Of a stretch of DNA of 64,000 nucleotides, positions 30,633-44,799 are shown one piece after another. The DNA lies in NCBI GenBank assembly GCA_963745025.1, contig CAVUWD010000008.1, forward strand, positions 32,001 to 96,000, written 5' to 3'. Position 1 is the first letter of the stretch; every line of letters begins with the position of its first letter. Source of the stretch: an uncultured delta proteobacterium (GTDB lineage: Bacteria > Desulfobacterota > Binatia > JACPRU01). Both the position numbers and the translations under genes were made by a program. Below the pieces are notes generated by a model, which was not told the origin of the DNA, made no database searches, and saw only the letters and a program-made list of their open reading frames with translations.

Positions 30633-31545
30633 TCACTCCGCGTTCCTATGTGCCTTCGCTTTTGATAGCGCTTCGAAGCCGGAGATGACGTCGAACAGTT
30701 CCTCGTCGATGCCACTCTGGCGCAAACGGTGGAATGTCCCGTTGAGGTTCTCCAGCAATTCGTCGATGTTTTTGTCGGCGCGTTGCATCGCCGCCAGGCG
30801 GCTCGCGTTCTCGCTCGCGAGGGATTCGGCGCACGCCCGGAAGAGCGAGACGAAAAGATATTCGCGGATGAGCGCCCGCAAGGTCGCGGTGCCGCCACCC
30901 ATGACCTCGGGCAAGTTTCTCGTCGGCCAGGGAAGTTCGGCCAGCTTGCGTCGCCAGTTGCTCGTCCAGCGGCAGCAGCCGCTGACTGACGGGCGCATAG
31001 AGCGCCCCGGACGTGCGGGCGGTTGTGGAAGAGGTGGAGCTCGGTGACTTCACCCTTGGCTCGTGGCGCGTCTCGCTCTCGACGAGAATCTGCCCGACGA
31101 GCGGGGTGATGGCCTTGACGGAATTCGGCACGGTGAAGAGTCCGATCAGCGGCAGGCCCGCGTCCGCCAGGCGCGCATGAACGCGCTCACCGACGGCCCA
31201 GACCTGGGGTTTGCCGGGCAGAGCGGCCAGGGTCTTGATCGCATAATCGGCCACCACGTCATTGAACTGGCCCACCAGTCCCTGGTCGGAACCGAACACG
31301 ACCGCGCCAATCGCACCCGCATCGGTTTGTCCTTTCCGTTCTGCCATCAAGGCCGCCGGCTCGCTTTCCCGAAAGCATGCGCCCAACCCCAGCTCCACGG
31401 TCCGATAGTAGTCGGCCAACGCGCGCACCGATTTCTCGTATTGTCCGATGCTCGAGGCGGCCAGGGCCTTCATCGTGCGGACGACGGATTGGAGATCACC
31501 GGCACTGCTGATCTTTCGGCGCAGGCTCGCCGTGGTGTCGCTCAT
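30633..31545 (-). CDS. atpG: N-ATPase gamma subunit, frameshifted
   Basis: [43 protein letters not shown]. Confidence 0.92.
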
Positions 31546-33153
31546 GACTTCTCCTCGGGTTCACGCTTGGGCTTGGGCTTTGACCTCCGGTTTGGACTCT
31601 CCGGCTTGGGCTCGGGTTCCGGCTTGGGCTGGAAACGGGCGAGCGCTTTGCGGGCGATTTCGATGATCGTTTCACGATCCTCATCGCTCAATTTGTCGGC
31701 GGTTTCGAATCGCGCGCACACCTCCGCCGGGATGTTCGCCGCCGCCTCGCGCACGGCGTGCTCGGCGTCCGTCATCTGGTCAAGCGGCACGCGGTCGAAG
31801 AGTTCCGCGGTCAACGCCAGCAGGACGGCGATTTGTGCGGGCACGGACACCGGGGCGAATTCCGGCTGCTTGAGGCAGGCGCGGATTCGCCGTCCATGCT
31901 CGATGATCTTGCGGGTGTCTTCATCCAGGCGGGCGCCGAACCGGGCAAAGGTCTCGAGTTCCTCGAACTGCGCGTAGGCGAGCTTGAGGTCGCCCGCCAC
32001 CGCGCGGTAGGCCGCCCGTTGCGCCTTGCCGCCGACGCGCGAAACGGATTTGCCGACATCGACCGCGGGCAGCACGCCCAATTCGAACAGCGACGGCGAG
32101 AGGTAGATCTGCCCGTCCGTGATGGAAATCAGGTTGGTCGGAATGTAGGCGGAAATGTTCTGCGCTTCGGTTTCGATGATGGGCAGCGCGGTGAGCGAGC
32201 CGCCGCCGAGTTCCTTGCGCAAGTGCGTGGCGCGTTCCAGCAGCCGCGAGTGGATGTAGAAGATGTCGCCGGGAAAGGCTTCGCGACCGGGCGGACGGCG
32301 CAGCAGCAGGGAAAGCTCGCGATAGGCGCGCGCATGATGGGTGAGGTCGTCGTAAACGATCAGCACATCGCGGCCCGCTTCCATGAAATACTCCGCGATG
32401 CTGGTCGCGGCGTAAGGAGCGATGTAGGCGAGACCCGGCGGGTCGTTGCCCTCGGTCACGACGACGACGGTGTAATCCATCGCGCCCTTTTCCCGCAAGG
32501 TGGCCACGGCCTTCGCGACGGCGGACGCGCGCTGGCCGATGGCACAATAGACGCACAGCGACATTCTGGCCGCGCTGGTTGAGGATGGTGTCGATCGCAA
32601 TGGCGGTCTTGCCCGTCTGGCGGTCGCCGAGAATCAACTCGCGCTGGCCGCGCCCGATGGGAATGAGCGCATCGATGACTTTGAGGCCGGTCTGGAGCGG
32701 CACGGTGACGGGCGCGCGGTCCATGATGGGCGCGGCGGGGCGTTCGATGGGCAGGCGCTCGCTGGCGGCCACCGGCCCATTGCCATCGAGTGGCCGACCG
32801 AGCGGGTCGATGACGCGTCCCAGCAATCCATCGCCCACGGCCACGTCCATGACCCGGCCCGTGCGCTCGACTTCATCGCCCGCGTGCAGATGCCAGTATT
32901 CGCCGAGCAGCACGACGCCGATTTCGTCCTCGTCCACGTTGAACGCGATGCCGAACACATCGCCGGGAAACGTCACCAATTCCTCAAAGCCCACGCCGGG
33001 GAGGCCGGACACCTTGGCGATGCCGGTGGCGATGCTGGTGATCGTGCCCACCTCCCGCGGCGTCAGTTGCGGCGTGAAGGCTTCCCGCACCTGGCTGATT
33101 CCAGCAAACGCGCTGTCGAAAACGCTCTGGAGGCTCTCAGGTTCCATGTTCAT
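31542..33153 (-). CDS. atpA: N-ATPase alpha subunit, frameshift near 32570
   Basis: [40 protein letters not shown]. Confidence 0.96.
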
Positions 33154-33171
33154 TGGCTCTTTGTTTCGGGC

Positions 33172-33978
33172 TTAGGTCTCTTCAGGTTTGGCACGGCTCG
33201 GCTCGTTGGCTTCAGGTTTGTCCTTCTCTTTCAGAAGTTCGCCGACGCCCTTTTCCAGCGACGCGAGATAATCCGCGATGCTCCACGCCACCTTTTGTCC
33301 ATTCGTGGTGAGTTCGATCCCGCTGACCAGGTCCGGCGCGGTCTCGAACCGGACGTGGATTTCAGCCGAGAAGGTTTCGTTGAGCGCATTTTGTATCGCC
33401 GCGCGTTGCTCCGCAGGCAGGTCAAACGCGCTGCGCACGAGCGCGGGGTCAGACGCTGTCTTGAGGGCCTCGGCGAGGCCTGCTTTCGCCTGGCCGTCCA
33501 TCTCTCGCAAGCGGCGAGTGAACACCTCGCCCAGGCGTTCTTCCAGACTCGTCGTGGCGAGATCCGTCAGCGCCTTTCGCGCGATGGCAAACACTTCCTG
33601 CTGGGTCCGGCGACTGATGGCTTGATTCAGGTTATGGGCATCGTTTCTCAGCGTTTCCTGTCGCTTGGCACTCAAGGCGTCGGCCGCCTTCCGCGCTTCG
33701 TCGAGGAGCCGCTGACGTTCGGCTTTCGCCTCGTCCGTCGCCTTGCTCAAGAGCGCGGCGCGCTGCTGGTCGAACTCCTCGTTCTTGTGCTGGAACTCGT
33801 CGCGCTCCTTTTGGGCTTCGGCCTTTTTCGCGTCGGCATCCGCGAGTTCCGCGGCGATCCGCTTCTCCCGCGCGTCGATGGCGTGGAGGATGGGCTTGTA
33901 AAGAAAGCGCTTCATCAACCACACCAGGATGAGGAAGTTGAGCGCTTGCGCACCGACGGTGAACCAATCGATGAGCAT
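33172..33978 (-). CDS. atpF: N-ATPase b subunit (b/delta-like fusion)
   Basis: MLIDWFTV.AQ..NFLILVWL..FLYKPI; C-terminal GIEL..G.KVAWS. Confidence 0.92.
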   Translation of the reverse strand: MLIDWFTVGAQALNFLILVWLMKRFLYKPILHAIDAREKRIAAELADADAKKAEAQKERDEFQHKNEEFDQQRAALLSKATDEAKAERQRLLDEARKAADALSAKRQETLRNDAHNLNQAISRRTQQEVFAIARKALTDLATTSLEERLGEVFTRRLREMDGQAKAGLAEALKTASDPALVRSAFDLPAEQRAAIQNALNETFSAEIHVRFETAPDLVSGIELTTNGQKVAWSIADYLASLEKGVGELLKEKDKPEANEPSRAKPEET

Positions 33979-33981
33979 GGG

Positions 33982-34262
33982 TTACTTTCCTGCGGCTTGG
34001 GCGATGACGTGATTCCAGAACGGGTTGGCGAAAATGAGAATCATCGAGACCACGAAGCAGTAGATGGCCGTGGACTCGATCATCGCCAGACCGACGAACA
34101 GGGTCCGGGTGATGGTGGCGGAGGCATCGGGCTGCTGCGCCAGCGAACTCAGCGCCGTCGCGACCGCCCGCCCTTCGCCAGCGCAGGCCCCATACACCCG
34201 AAGCCGATCGTGAGGCCGGCGGTGACGATTGAGGCCACCGCGATGAGGGTCATGCTATCCAT
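33982..34262 (-). CDS. atpE: N-ATPase c subunit, one frameshift
   Basis: GEGRA..AL..AQQPDA, GLAMIESTAIY. Confidence 0.92.
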
Positions 34263-34293
34263 AGTATCTCCTTTCGTTGTTGTCGTTCGTGCT

Positions 34294-34993
34294 TCAATGT
34301 CTTGGCATCTGGTTCAGGCTTGGGCTTGCGGACGTGCGCGTGGCGGCCGCGATGTAAACCGCGGCCAGGATGCTGAAGATGTAGGCCTGCACCATGCCGG
34401 TGAGCAGACCGAGCGCCGTCATGACGATCGGAAAGATGAAGGGCGTGATGGTCAGCAGAATGCCGATAATCATCGCCCCGCTCATCATGTTGCCGAACAG
34501 ACGGACGGCCAGGGCCAGCGTGCGCGAGAGTTCGCTGATGATGTTGAACGGCAGCATGATGAACGTCGGCTTCACGTAGGACTTGAGGTAGCCGCCCAGC
34601 CCCTGCTCCTCGATGCCGAAGAGCGGCACGGCCACAAACACGCACAGCGCGAGTGCCGCGGTGGTCGAGAGCGAGCCGGTCGGCGGCTCGTAGCCGGGAA
34701 TGATGGTGCAGAGGCTGGCCGTGGCGACAAACAGGAAGAGCGTGCCCAGAAAGCCGAGATATTTCTCGCGGCTGACGCAGGCCGACCTCTTCGATTTGTT
34801 TCTCGATGCCGGTGACGACGATTTCCAGAAGGTTCTGCCAGCGGGAACGTTTCAGACCCGTGGAAAGTTTGCGCGTGATGAGTTTTGAACCGACGGCCAG
34901 CACGAGCATCAGTCCCCACGTGAACACAATGGTGGCGTTGAGTTTGAGAAACCCGTGTTGCCAGAAGATCATCTCATCGGGACTAAGGCGCAT
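34294..34993 (-). CDS. atpB: N-ATPase a subunit, frameshifted
   Basis: MRLSPD, PFNIISELSRTLALAVRLFGN, QAYIF..LA.VYI. Confidence 0.92.
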
Positions 34994-35297
34994 GGCTGGC
35001 CTCCTGTGCCGGGCGGGTGTGGTGTTCTCCCGGCGGCCGGGTCAGCCGCGTCACGACGAGGCGCGCCATGACAAATCCAAGGAGACACAGCAGCAGCCGC
35101 TCCCAATGACCGCCCGCGACAAAATAAAATCCAGCCAGGGCAATGCTCATCCGCAGCAGCAGGCTGCCGAAGAACCAAAGCGCCGGCCGTTTGGACGAAA
35201 CGCCCTTGCGCACCGTCCACCAAAGGCCGCCGAAGAAAATCGCACCGAGCAAAACGCCCGCCACCAACGCCAGCACCAGAGTCAACGTTTCATTCAT
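34983..35297 (-). CDS. atpR: N-ATPase AtpR subunit
   Basis: LG.IFFGGLWWTV, WF.GSLLLR, LLGFVMAR; position in operon. Confidence 0.85.
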   Translation of the reverse strand: MNETLTLVLALVAGVLLGAIFFGGLWWTVRKGVSSKRPALWFFGSLLLRMSIALAGFYFVAGGHWERLLLCLLGFVMARLVVTRLTRPPGEHHTRPAQEASHAP

Positions 35298-35627
35298 CGT
35301 TATCCTCCTGTTCCTCCCGCATTGCCTTGTCTTCCTTGGCCACCCAATGCCACGCATTCAAACAGCCGATCGCCAGCCCGACCACCAGCAGCGCCAGCGT
35401 CCAGGAATGGCTTGCCCGGATGGTGCTTGTCCAACCAGATACCGAGCGCCGCGCCGAGCAGCGTCGGAACCACCACCGACCAGCCGATCAGCCCCATCAT
35501 GCCCAGGCCGAACCAGACGCCCTGCGTGGACGTTACGCCGCGCCTTGAGCTTGCGCGCCGCCTTCGCGCCGACCTCCCGGCTGAACGCCGTCCGGTCTTT
35601 CGCGGTCTTGCTTTCCGGTTCGTTCAC
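35290..35627 (-). CDS. atpQ: N-ATPase AtpQ (AtpZ/gene-1-like), frameshifted
   Basis: VWFGLGMMGLIGWSVVVPTLLG..LG.WLD..G..NAWHWV. Confidence 0.85.
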
Positions 35628-36013
35628 TCATGATGAAACTCCGCGAAGCGGCGGATGAAACCGCTCTCCATTTTCGCCATCACCGAGCGCACGCTCTGCT
35701 CCCGCTCGTCCAGGTTCAGAAACTCCCGCTCCACCGCCTCGCGCAGTTGGCCGAGGTCCGTTCCGCCAATCGCGTTGCGCACGGAGACGAGCACGTCCGG
35801 GCCGGTCTTGACCAGCACCCCTTCATCGACGGCCACGTAAACCTCGCCCTCCGCTTCGGTTTCGTAGATCAGAATCCCCGGCGCGAGCGCCGCCACGCAG
35901 TCGAGCCGGTGTGGCAAGAGTCCAAACGAGCCCTCGCGCGTCTCCGCGACGATGCGCGACACGCCGGTTTTCTCGGCGAAGATTTGGAACGGCAGGAGAA
36001 CCTTAAGATTCAT
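35624..36013 (-). CDS. atpC: N-ATPase epsilon subunit
   Basis: MNLKVLLP, GSFGLLPHRLDCVAAL.PG, AVDEGVLVK. Confidence 0.9.
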   Translation of the reverse strand: MNLKVLLPFQIFAEKTGVSRIVAETREGSFGLLPHRLDCVAALAPGILIYETEAEGEVYVAVDEGVLVKTGPDVLVSVRNAIGGTDLGQLREAVEREFLNLDEREQSVRSVMAKMESGFIRRFAEFHHE

Positions 36014-36134
36014 GAGTGTCGGCTGGCATGTTCGACCTCCGGTTGAGGTTTCGCCTCGGGCTTCGGCTGCGGCTCGGCGTGGCTTTGGCTCGGAATCGGC
36101 GGCAGGCTTCGGTCGGCCTTGGCTTCGGTTTGAC

Positions 36135-37602
<1,468 letters not shown>

Positions 37603-37965
37603 CTACGCCTCGCCCAACCACTTCCGCGCCTCAGCGGCGTCGGCGTGATCGAAGTATCGGATCGTCGCTTTCGTGAACGGCTTGCAGAACGTCGCCATGC
37701 CGTGCTGCCACTTCTTTTCGCCGACCATCGCGAGTCGCTCGATGTCGGCGAAGTGTTTGATGGCAAACTTGGTGTCCTCCCACAGCGCGCCGGCATCCCA
37801 GCCGTGGAAGCCGGTCATGTCGAACAGCACGCGCAGCTTTCCGTGCTGCCGGACGAGTCGCTCGAACTCGGGCACAAAGTGCTCGTAATCTGCTCTTGCC
37901 AGCTTCCCGCTGACGTGAACGACGAGAATCTTCCCGCCGTTTTCTTCATTGAGTTGAATGGGCAT
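37603..37965 (-). CDS. STAS/SEC14 (SpoIIAA-like) domain protein
   Basis: SGKL..DY, GKLRVL, F.GWDAGALWED.KF, ERLAMVG..WQ. Confidence 0.9.
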   Translation of the reverse strand: MPIQLNEENGGKILVVHVSGKLARADYEHFVPEFERLVRQHGKLRVLFDMTGFHGWDAGALWEDTKFAIKHFADIERLAMVGEKKWQHGMATFCKPFTKATIRYFDHADAAEARKWLGEA

Positions 37966-38001
37966 TTGGGACTCCTTTGAACCGTTTCAAGTTAAGGCCC
38001 G

Positions 38002-38100
38002 CCCGGCCAGCGGGAAAATCACCGCCGTACAGAGAACGCAGCGGTGCGCCAGATCTGAAAGCAGCACCGCAACCGCCAGCATCACAGCGAAGACCAACTT
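38002..38100 (-). pseudogene. Possible N-terminal remnant of a cation:proton antiporter
   Basis: LVFAVMLAVAVLLSDLAHRCVLCTAVIF.LAG resembles CPA1 N-termini from memory. Confidence 0.35.
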
Positions 38101-38187
38101 CGGCGCGAGGGAAAGGATGTGGCCAGCGCGCTCGTGGTGTCGATAAGCTCTGACACATTGACATTCAGCCCTTTCGCAACAGCAGGA

Positions 38188-39168
38188 TCATGCCGACCAA
38201 TGCCGCCAAGAGTGCCGCCCACAGCCCGATAGCGACGCGCGTGGCTTTCGCGGCGCGATCTTCTCCCACCAGATCGCCGGACGAATGCCCTGTGCCAGAA
38301 ACGTCATCACGCCGGCAGGTTCACGCAGATCAGGTTCATCAGAAACAGCGACAACGCGCCCATCGCCAACACCGGCTGCCCGCCGCCCAGCAGCAGCCCG
38401 AACGTCACCAGCGGCGGCAACAGCGCCACGGCCACCATCACGCCGATCAAGGTCGCCGACACGCCCGTGGTGAACGCCAGCGCGCCGGCGCTGCCCGAGG
38501 CCAATGCCACCGCGATGTCGCCGAGCCCCACCGCGTTGCGCGACGCCACTTCGGGCGATGCAGGGTTCACGTGCACCAGCACGCCGATGATCATTCGACA
38601 ACACCATCGTCGTCTCAATCCCGGCAAGCGCCGTCAAGAGCGCGCGCCGCAGCAGTGACAGGTCACCCAACGTCGTGCCGAGTGACAACGCCACGTTCGG
38701 CCCGAGCAAGGGCGCAATCACCATCGCCCCGATGATGATTGCCACGCTATTGTAATACAGACCAACGGCCGCCACGATGGTCGACAACACGACCATCGCC
38801 AGATAGACGCGCGAACACCGCGCAGCATCTTTGATGTCCTCGTACAACTCCTCTCGGCCGATCCGCTCCGGCGATGGCTCCTGCGGCGGCGATTGTCCGG
38901 GCGCGGCTTCCGGCTCCGGCTCGGCGCGCGGCAATGTTGCTTCGACGGGCAGAATCACCACCCGGTGGCCCTCCGCACCGGCGTACTGTTTCTCCAACAC
39001 ATCCAGCACCGTCTCGCTCTGTTCCGCATCCAAGAGAATCCGTACCAGCACTTCCCCGTCCGGCAATCGGACCTGGCGGTGTTCGAGCACCTTCTGCTCG
39101 TTCAGAAGCTCACGGACTTCCCGGCCGTCCTCTTCTTGCAACACCATCTCGATCAATCGTAGCGCCAT
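38188..39168 (-). CDS. TIGR00341/DUF389 family membrane protein, frameshifted
   Basis: VEATLP, RIGREELY, IIGAMVIAPLLGP, GVMVAVALLPP, N.ICVN. Confidence 0.85.
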   Translation of the reverse strand: MALRLIEMVLQEEDGREVRELLNEQKVLEHRQVRLPDGEVLVRILLDAEQSETVLDVLEKQYAGAEGHRVVILPVEATLPRAEPEPEAAPGQSPPQEPSPERIGREELYEDIKDAARCSRVYLAMVVLSTIVAAVGLYYNSVAIIIGAMVIAPLLGPNVALSLGTTLGDLSLLRRALLTALAGIETTMVLSNDHRRAGAREPCIARSGVAQRGGARRHRGGIGLGQRRRAGVHHGRVGDLDRRDGGRGAVAAAGDVRAAAGRRAAGVGDGRVVAVSDEPDLREPAGVMTFLAQGIRPAIWWEKIAPRKPRASLSGCGRHSWRHWSA

Positions 39169-39175
39169 CGCGCGC

Positions 39176-41551
39176 TCATCCGTTCCATTTCCAGTTGCGA
39201 ATCTCCGGCAGGTCCTCGCCGTTCTTGTCGATGTACTGCTTGTGCTCGATCAGCTTGTCCTTGAGCTGCTGCTTCAGGTAGATGCCCTTGTCGCCGGTCT
39301 GCGGCAGGCGGTCGATGGTGTCCATCACGAGGTGGAAGCGGTCCAGGTCGTTCAGCACCGTCATGTCGAAGGGCGTGGTGATGGTGCCCTCTTCCTTGTA
39401 GCCGCGGACGTGGATGTTGTCGTGGTTGGTGCGGCGGTAGGTCAGCCGGTGGATCAACCACGGGTAGGCATGGAAGGCGAAGATGACCGGCTTGTCCTTG
39501 GTGAAGAGCTCGTCGAAATCCATGTCGCTCAAGCCGTGCGGGTGCTCGGTTTGCGGCTGCAGCTTCATGAGGTCGACGACGTTGACCACGCGGATTTTCA
39601 GCTCAGGCAGATGCTCGCGCATGATGGAGACGGCGGCGAGCGTCTCCAGCGTGGGCACGTCGCCACAGCAGGCCATGACCACGTCGGGCGCAGCGGCCTG
39701 GTCGTTGCTGGCCCACTGCCAGATGCCGATGCCCTCGGTGCAGTGCTTGACGGCGGCGTCCATCGTCAGCCACTGCGGCGCCGGGTGCTTGCCCGCGATC
39801 ACGACGTTGACGTAATGGCGGCTGCGCAGGCAATGGTCCATCACCGACAGCAGGCAGTTGGCGTCCGGCGGAAGGTAGACCCGCACGACCTCGGCCTTCT
39901 TGTTCACGACGTGGTCGATGAAGCCGGGATCCTGATGCGTGAAGCCGTTGTGATCCTGGCGCCAGACATGCGAGGCCAGCAGGTAGTTCAGCGAGGCGAT
40001 CTTGCGCCGCCACGGCAGGTGCGCCGTGACCTTCAGCCACTTGGCGTGCTGGTTGAACATCGAATCGATGATGTGGATGAACGCCTCGTAGCAGTTGAAG
40101 AGTCCATGCCGCCCGGTGAGCAGGTAGCCCTCGAGCCAGCCCTCGCATTGGTGCTCGCTGAGCATCGAGTCCAGCACGCGTCCGGTCGGGCGCGAGAAAT
40201 TCGTCGTTCGGCACGGTCGCAGCGTCCCATTGGCGGTTGGTCACCTCAAAGAGGGCTTCCAGGCCGTTGGAGAGCGTCTCGTCAGGGCCGAAGACGCGGA
40301 AATTCCGCTGCTCACCGTTCAGCTTCGCCACATCGCGCAGGAAACGGCCCGAGCACATGCGTGTCGCCGATGCCGCGCGCCCCCGGCGAGGGCACGTCAG
40401 CCGCGTAGTCGCGGAAGTCCGGCATCCGCAGGTCGCGCAGCAGCATGCCGCCGTTGGCGTGGGGATTCGCGCCCATGCGTCGTTCGCCCTTGGGCGCAAG
40501 TTCGGCCAGTTCCGGTTTCAGGCGGCCCTGCTCATCGAAGAGCTCCTCCGGCCGGTAGCTCCTCAGCCAGTCTTCCAACAGCTTGAGGTGTTCGGGATGG
40601 GTGGCCGGGTCGGAGAGCGGCACCTGGTGCGCCCGGAAGGTGCCTTCGATCTGCACGCCATCGACCATCTTCGGCCCCGTCCAGCCCTTGGGTGAATTGA
40701 GAACGATCATCGGCCAGCGCGGACGCGTGAGGTTGCCGTGGACGCGGGCGTCCTGCTGGATGTTCTTGATCTGCTCCACCGCCGTATCGAGCGTCGCGGC
40801 CATGGCCTCGTGCATCAGGGCCGGCTCGTGACCCTCGACGAAGTAAGGCGTCCAGCCGTAGCCGCGCAGCAACTGCTCCAGTTCCTCACGCTCGATGCGG
40901 GCCAGGATGGTCGGGTTGGAGATCTTGTAGCCGTTGAGATGCAGGATCGGCAGCACCGCGCCGTCGGTGACGGGATCGAGGAACTTGTTGGAATGCCACG
41001 CCGTGGCCAGCGGCCCGGTCTCCGCCTCGCCATCGCCGACGACGCAGGCGACGACGAGATCGGGATTGTCGAACACCGCCCCGAACGAATGGCTGAGCGA
41101 ATAGCCCAGCTCGCCGCCTTCGTGGATCGAGCCCGGGCACTCCGGCGATGCATGGCTGGGAATCCCACCGGGAAACGAAAACTGCGTGAAACAGCTTCTG
41201 CAGCCCGGCCTCGTCCTGGCTGATGTCGGGATAGACCTCGCTGTAGGTGCCCTCGAGGTACGTGTTGCCCACGACGGCCGGGCCGCCGTGCCCGGGACCG
41301 GATACGTAGATCATGTCGAGGTCGTATTTCTTGATGACCCGGTTCAGGTGCACGTAGATGAAGTTCTGCCCGGGGGTCGTGCCCCAGTGTCCGAGCAGCA
41401 TGTGCTTCACGTCCGCGAGCGTCAGCGGCCGCTTGAGCAGCGGATTGTCGTAAAGATAAATCTGGCCGACCGACAGATAGTTCGCGGCGCGCCAGTAGGC
41501 ATCCATCTTGTGGAGCAGCTCCGGGGCAAGAGTCATGGTTTGTGAATTCAT
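39176..41551 (-). CDS. xfp: Phosphoketolase (XFP family), several frameshifts
   Basis: [56 protein letters not shown]. Confidence 0.95.
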
Positions 41552-41612
41552 GTTCAGCCTCGTCATTTCAGCTTCAGCGTTCGCGCCTGAGTGTACCTAC
41601 CGACACTTCGAT

Positions 41613-44600
41613 TCACGCCTCCGACGCCGGTAGATGCCAGCCGCGCCAGACGAAGTAGATGGCCGGGTAGACGAGCAGCTCCATGAGGAACGACGTGATC
41701 ACGCCGCCGACCATCGGCACCGCGATCCGCTTCATCACATCGGCGCCGGTGCCGTGGCTCCATATGATTGGTAGCAGGCCGGCCAGGATGACTGAGACCG
41801 TCATAGCCTTGGGCCGCAGGCGCTGCACGGCGCCGTGGTAGATTGCCTCGCGCAGATCGCCGAGCGAGCGCATCGTCCCCTTCTGTCGCCACTCCTCGTA
41901 CGCGACGTTCAGGTAGAGCAGCATGACGACGCCGGTTTCCGCATCCAGTCCCGCCAGCGCGATGATCCCCACCCACACCGCGATGCTCATGTTGTAGCCG
42001 AGGAACCAGATCAGCCAGATCGCTCCGACGAGGCTGAAGGGAACCGCGAGCATCACGATGAAGGTCTCCAGCAGGCTGCGCGTGTTGATGTAGATGATGA
42101 GGACGATGATCAGGATGGTGATCGGTACCACCACCAGCAGCCGTTGCTGGGCGCGCAGCATGTACTCGTACTGGCCGGACCAGACGATGTTGTAGCCTGC
42201 GGGCACGCTGATCTCCCCCTTGGCGATGGCGTCGGCAACGGCGCCTTGCGCGCGTTCGACGTAGGTGCCGACATCGATGTTACGAATGTCGACGTACACC
42301 CACGTGTTCGGCCGGCTGTTCTCCGTCTTGATGCTTGGCGGTCCCTTGCTGATCTCCAGGGTCGCCAGCTGCGCCAGCGGAATGTGCTGGCCCATCGACG
42401 TCGGCACCACGATCGCGCGCAGCTCATCCAGATTGTCGCGCAGCTCGCGCGGGTAGCGCAGGTTGATCGGATAGCGCTCGAGGCCCTCGACGGTGGTCGA
42501 CACGTTCATTCCGCCGATGGCGCTGCTGATGACGTCCTGCACGTCGCCGACGGTCAGCCCGTAGCGCGCAATCTCGTCGCGGCCGATGGTGAAGTTGATG
42601 TAGTTGCCGCCCACGACGCGCTCGGCATAGACGCTGAGCGTGTCGGGTACGCGCCGCACCACCGCCTCCACCTGCTCGCCGATGCGCTGCAAGATGGCGA
42701 GGTCGGAGCCGGAGATCTTGATGCCGACGGGCGTCTTGATGCCGGTCGACAGCATGTCGATGCGCGTCTTGATCGGCATGGTCCACGCGTTGGTCACGCC
42801 CGGAAACGTAATGGCCGCATTGATCGCGTCGACCAACTCGTCGGGCGTGCGCCGGCGATGCGCGATCACTGTGCCGCGCATGTCGGTGATATCGACCACC
42901 GGCCAGTCCTCTTCCGGCTTCAGCATCACCGTGGTTTCCACCATGCTGAGCGGAGCCGGATCGGTCGCTGTCTCGGCGCGGCCGATCTTGCCGAAGACGT
43001 GGTGGACCTCGGGAAAACGCTTGATGATCTTGTCGGTCTGCTGCAGCAGCTCGCGCGCCTTGGTGATGGAGATCCCCGGCAGCGTCGTCGGCATGTAGAG
43101 CAGGTCGCCTTCGTAGAGCGGCGGCATGAACTCCGAGCCGAGGCGACTGTACGGCCAGCCAGGTAACGGCGACCGCGAGCGCCACGCCGACGATGATGCC
43201 CCAGCACCGCGCCTTGTGCCGCAGGATGAGCTCGATCACCGGATGGTAGGCGGCAATGAGGAAGCGGTTTAGCGGGTTGCGTTCCTCCGGCAGGATGCGC
43301 CCGCGGATGAGGTAGCCCATCAGCACCGGCACCAGCGTGATGGAGAGGAACGCGGCCGCGCGCCATGGAGTACGTCTTGGTGAACGCCAGCGGCTTGAAC
43401 AGCCGTCCTTCCTGCGCCTCCAGCGTGAACACCGGGATGAAGCGACACGGTGATGACGAGCAGCGAGTAGAAGAGCGTCGGGCCGACCTCGATCGACGCG
43501 TCGCGGATGATCTGCCAGTGCGGCTTGCTGTCCTGGTCGCGCTCGATGTGCTTGTGGACGTTCTCGATCATGACGATGACGGCGTCGACCATCGCGCCGA
43601 TGGCGATCGCGATGCCGCCGAGGCTCATGATGTTGGCGCCGATGCCCTGCACGTACATGACGATGAACGCCAGGAGCACCGCCATCGGCAACGTCAGGAT
43701 CGCCACTAGCGCGCTGCGGAAGTGGAAGAGGAAGACGACGCAGACGATCGCTACGGCGAGCGACTCCTCGAGGAGCTTCTCGCGCAGCGTGGCGATGGAG
43801 CGCTCGATGAGCGTTGACCGATCGTAGGCGACGTGGATCTCCACGCCCTTCGGCAGCCCGCGCTGCAGCTCGGCAAGCTTGGCCTTCACGCGATTGATCA
43901 CCTCGAGCGCGTTGGCGCCGGAGCGCACGACGACGATGCCGCCGACGGTCTCACCCTCGCCGTTCCATTCGGCGATGCCGCGGCGCATGTCCGGTCCGAT
44001 GGTGACCGTACCGAGATCGGAGATCAGGATCGGCGTGCCGTCGGGCCGCGCGCCAACCGCCGCCTTCGCCAGCTCGCTCGGGTCGGTGACGTAGCCCTTG
44101 GCGCGCAGGATATACTCGGTCTCCGACATCTCCATCACCCGGCCGCCGACCTCGTTGTTGGAACGCTGGATCACCTGCCGCACCTTGCTGAGCGGGATGT
44201 CGTAGGCGCGCAGCTTTTCCGGATCGACGGTGACCTGGTACTGCTTCACGTACCCGCCGATGCTGGCGACCTCGGAGACGCCGTCGGTGCCGGTGAGCTC
44301 GTACCTGAGGTACCAGTCCTGGATGCTGCGCAGCTGTTGGAGGTCGCGTGTCTTGCTGGTCAGCGCATAGATGAACGCCCACCCCACGCCGGTGGCGTCG
44401 GGCCCGAGCGACGGTGTCACGGCGCGCGGCAATTGACCCTGCAGCTGGCTGAGATACTCGAGCACGCGACTGCGCGCCCAGTAGAGATCGGTCCCGTCCT
44501 CGAAGATCACGTAGACGAACGAGAAGTTGAAGAAGCTATAGCCGCGGACGACCTTGGCGAACGGCACCGACAGCATCTTGGTGGTGATCGGGTAGGTGAC

Positions 44601-44792
44601 CTGGTCCTCGACGATGCGCGGCGCCTGGCCGGGATACTCGGTAAAGATGATGACCTGCACGTCGGAGAGATCGGGAATTGCGTCGAGCGGCGTGTGCATC
44701 AACGCGTAGTAGCCGCCCACCGCGATGAACACGGCCATCAGCAGCGCGAAGAACTTGTTGTCGAGAGAGAACTCGATGATGCGTTGGATCAT
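41613..44792 (-). CDS. cusA: Heavy-metal RND permease (CusA/SilA-like), frameshifts near 43150-43440
   Basis: [51 protein letters not shown]. Confidence 0.93.
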
Positions 44793-44799
44793 GGCGAGC

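Noticed and set aside
32884-34815. 643-aa + strand ORF (and similar long antisense ORFs at 36493, 38831, 41835, 43833, 55453)
   Set aside because: Shadows of real opposite-strand genes in high-GC DNA; no motifs or RBS
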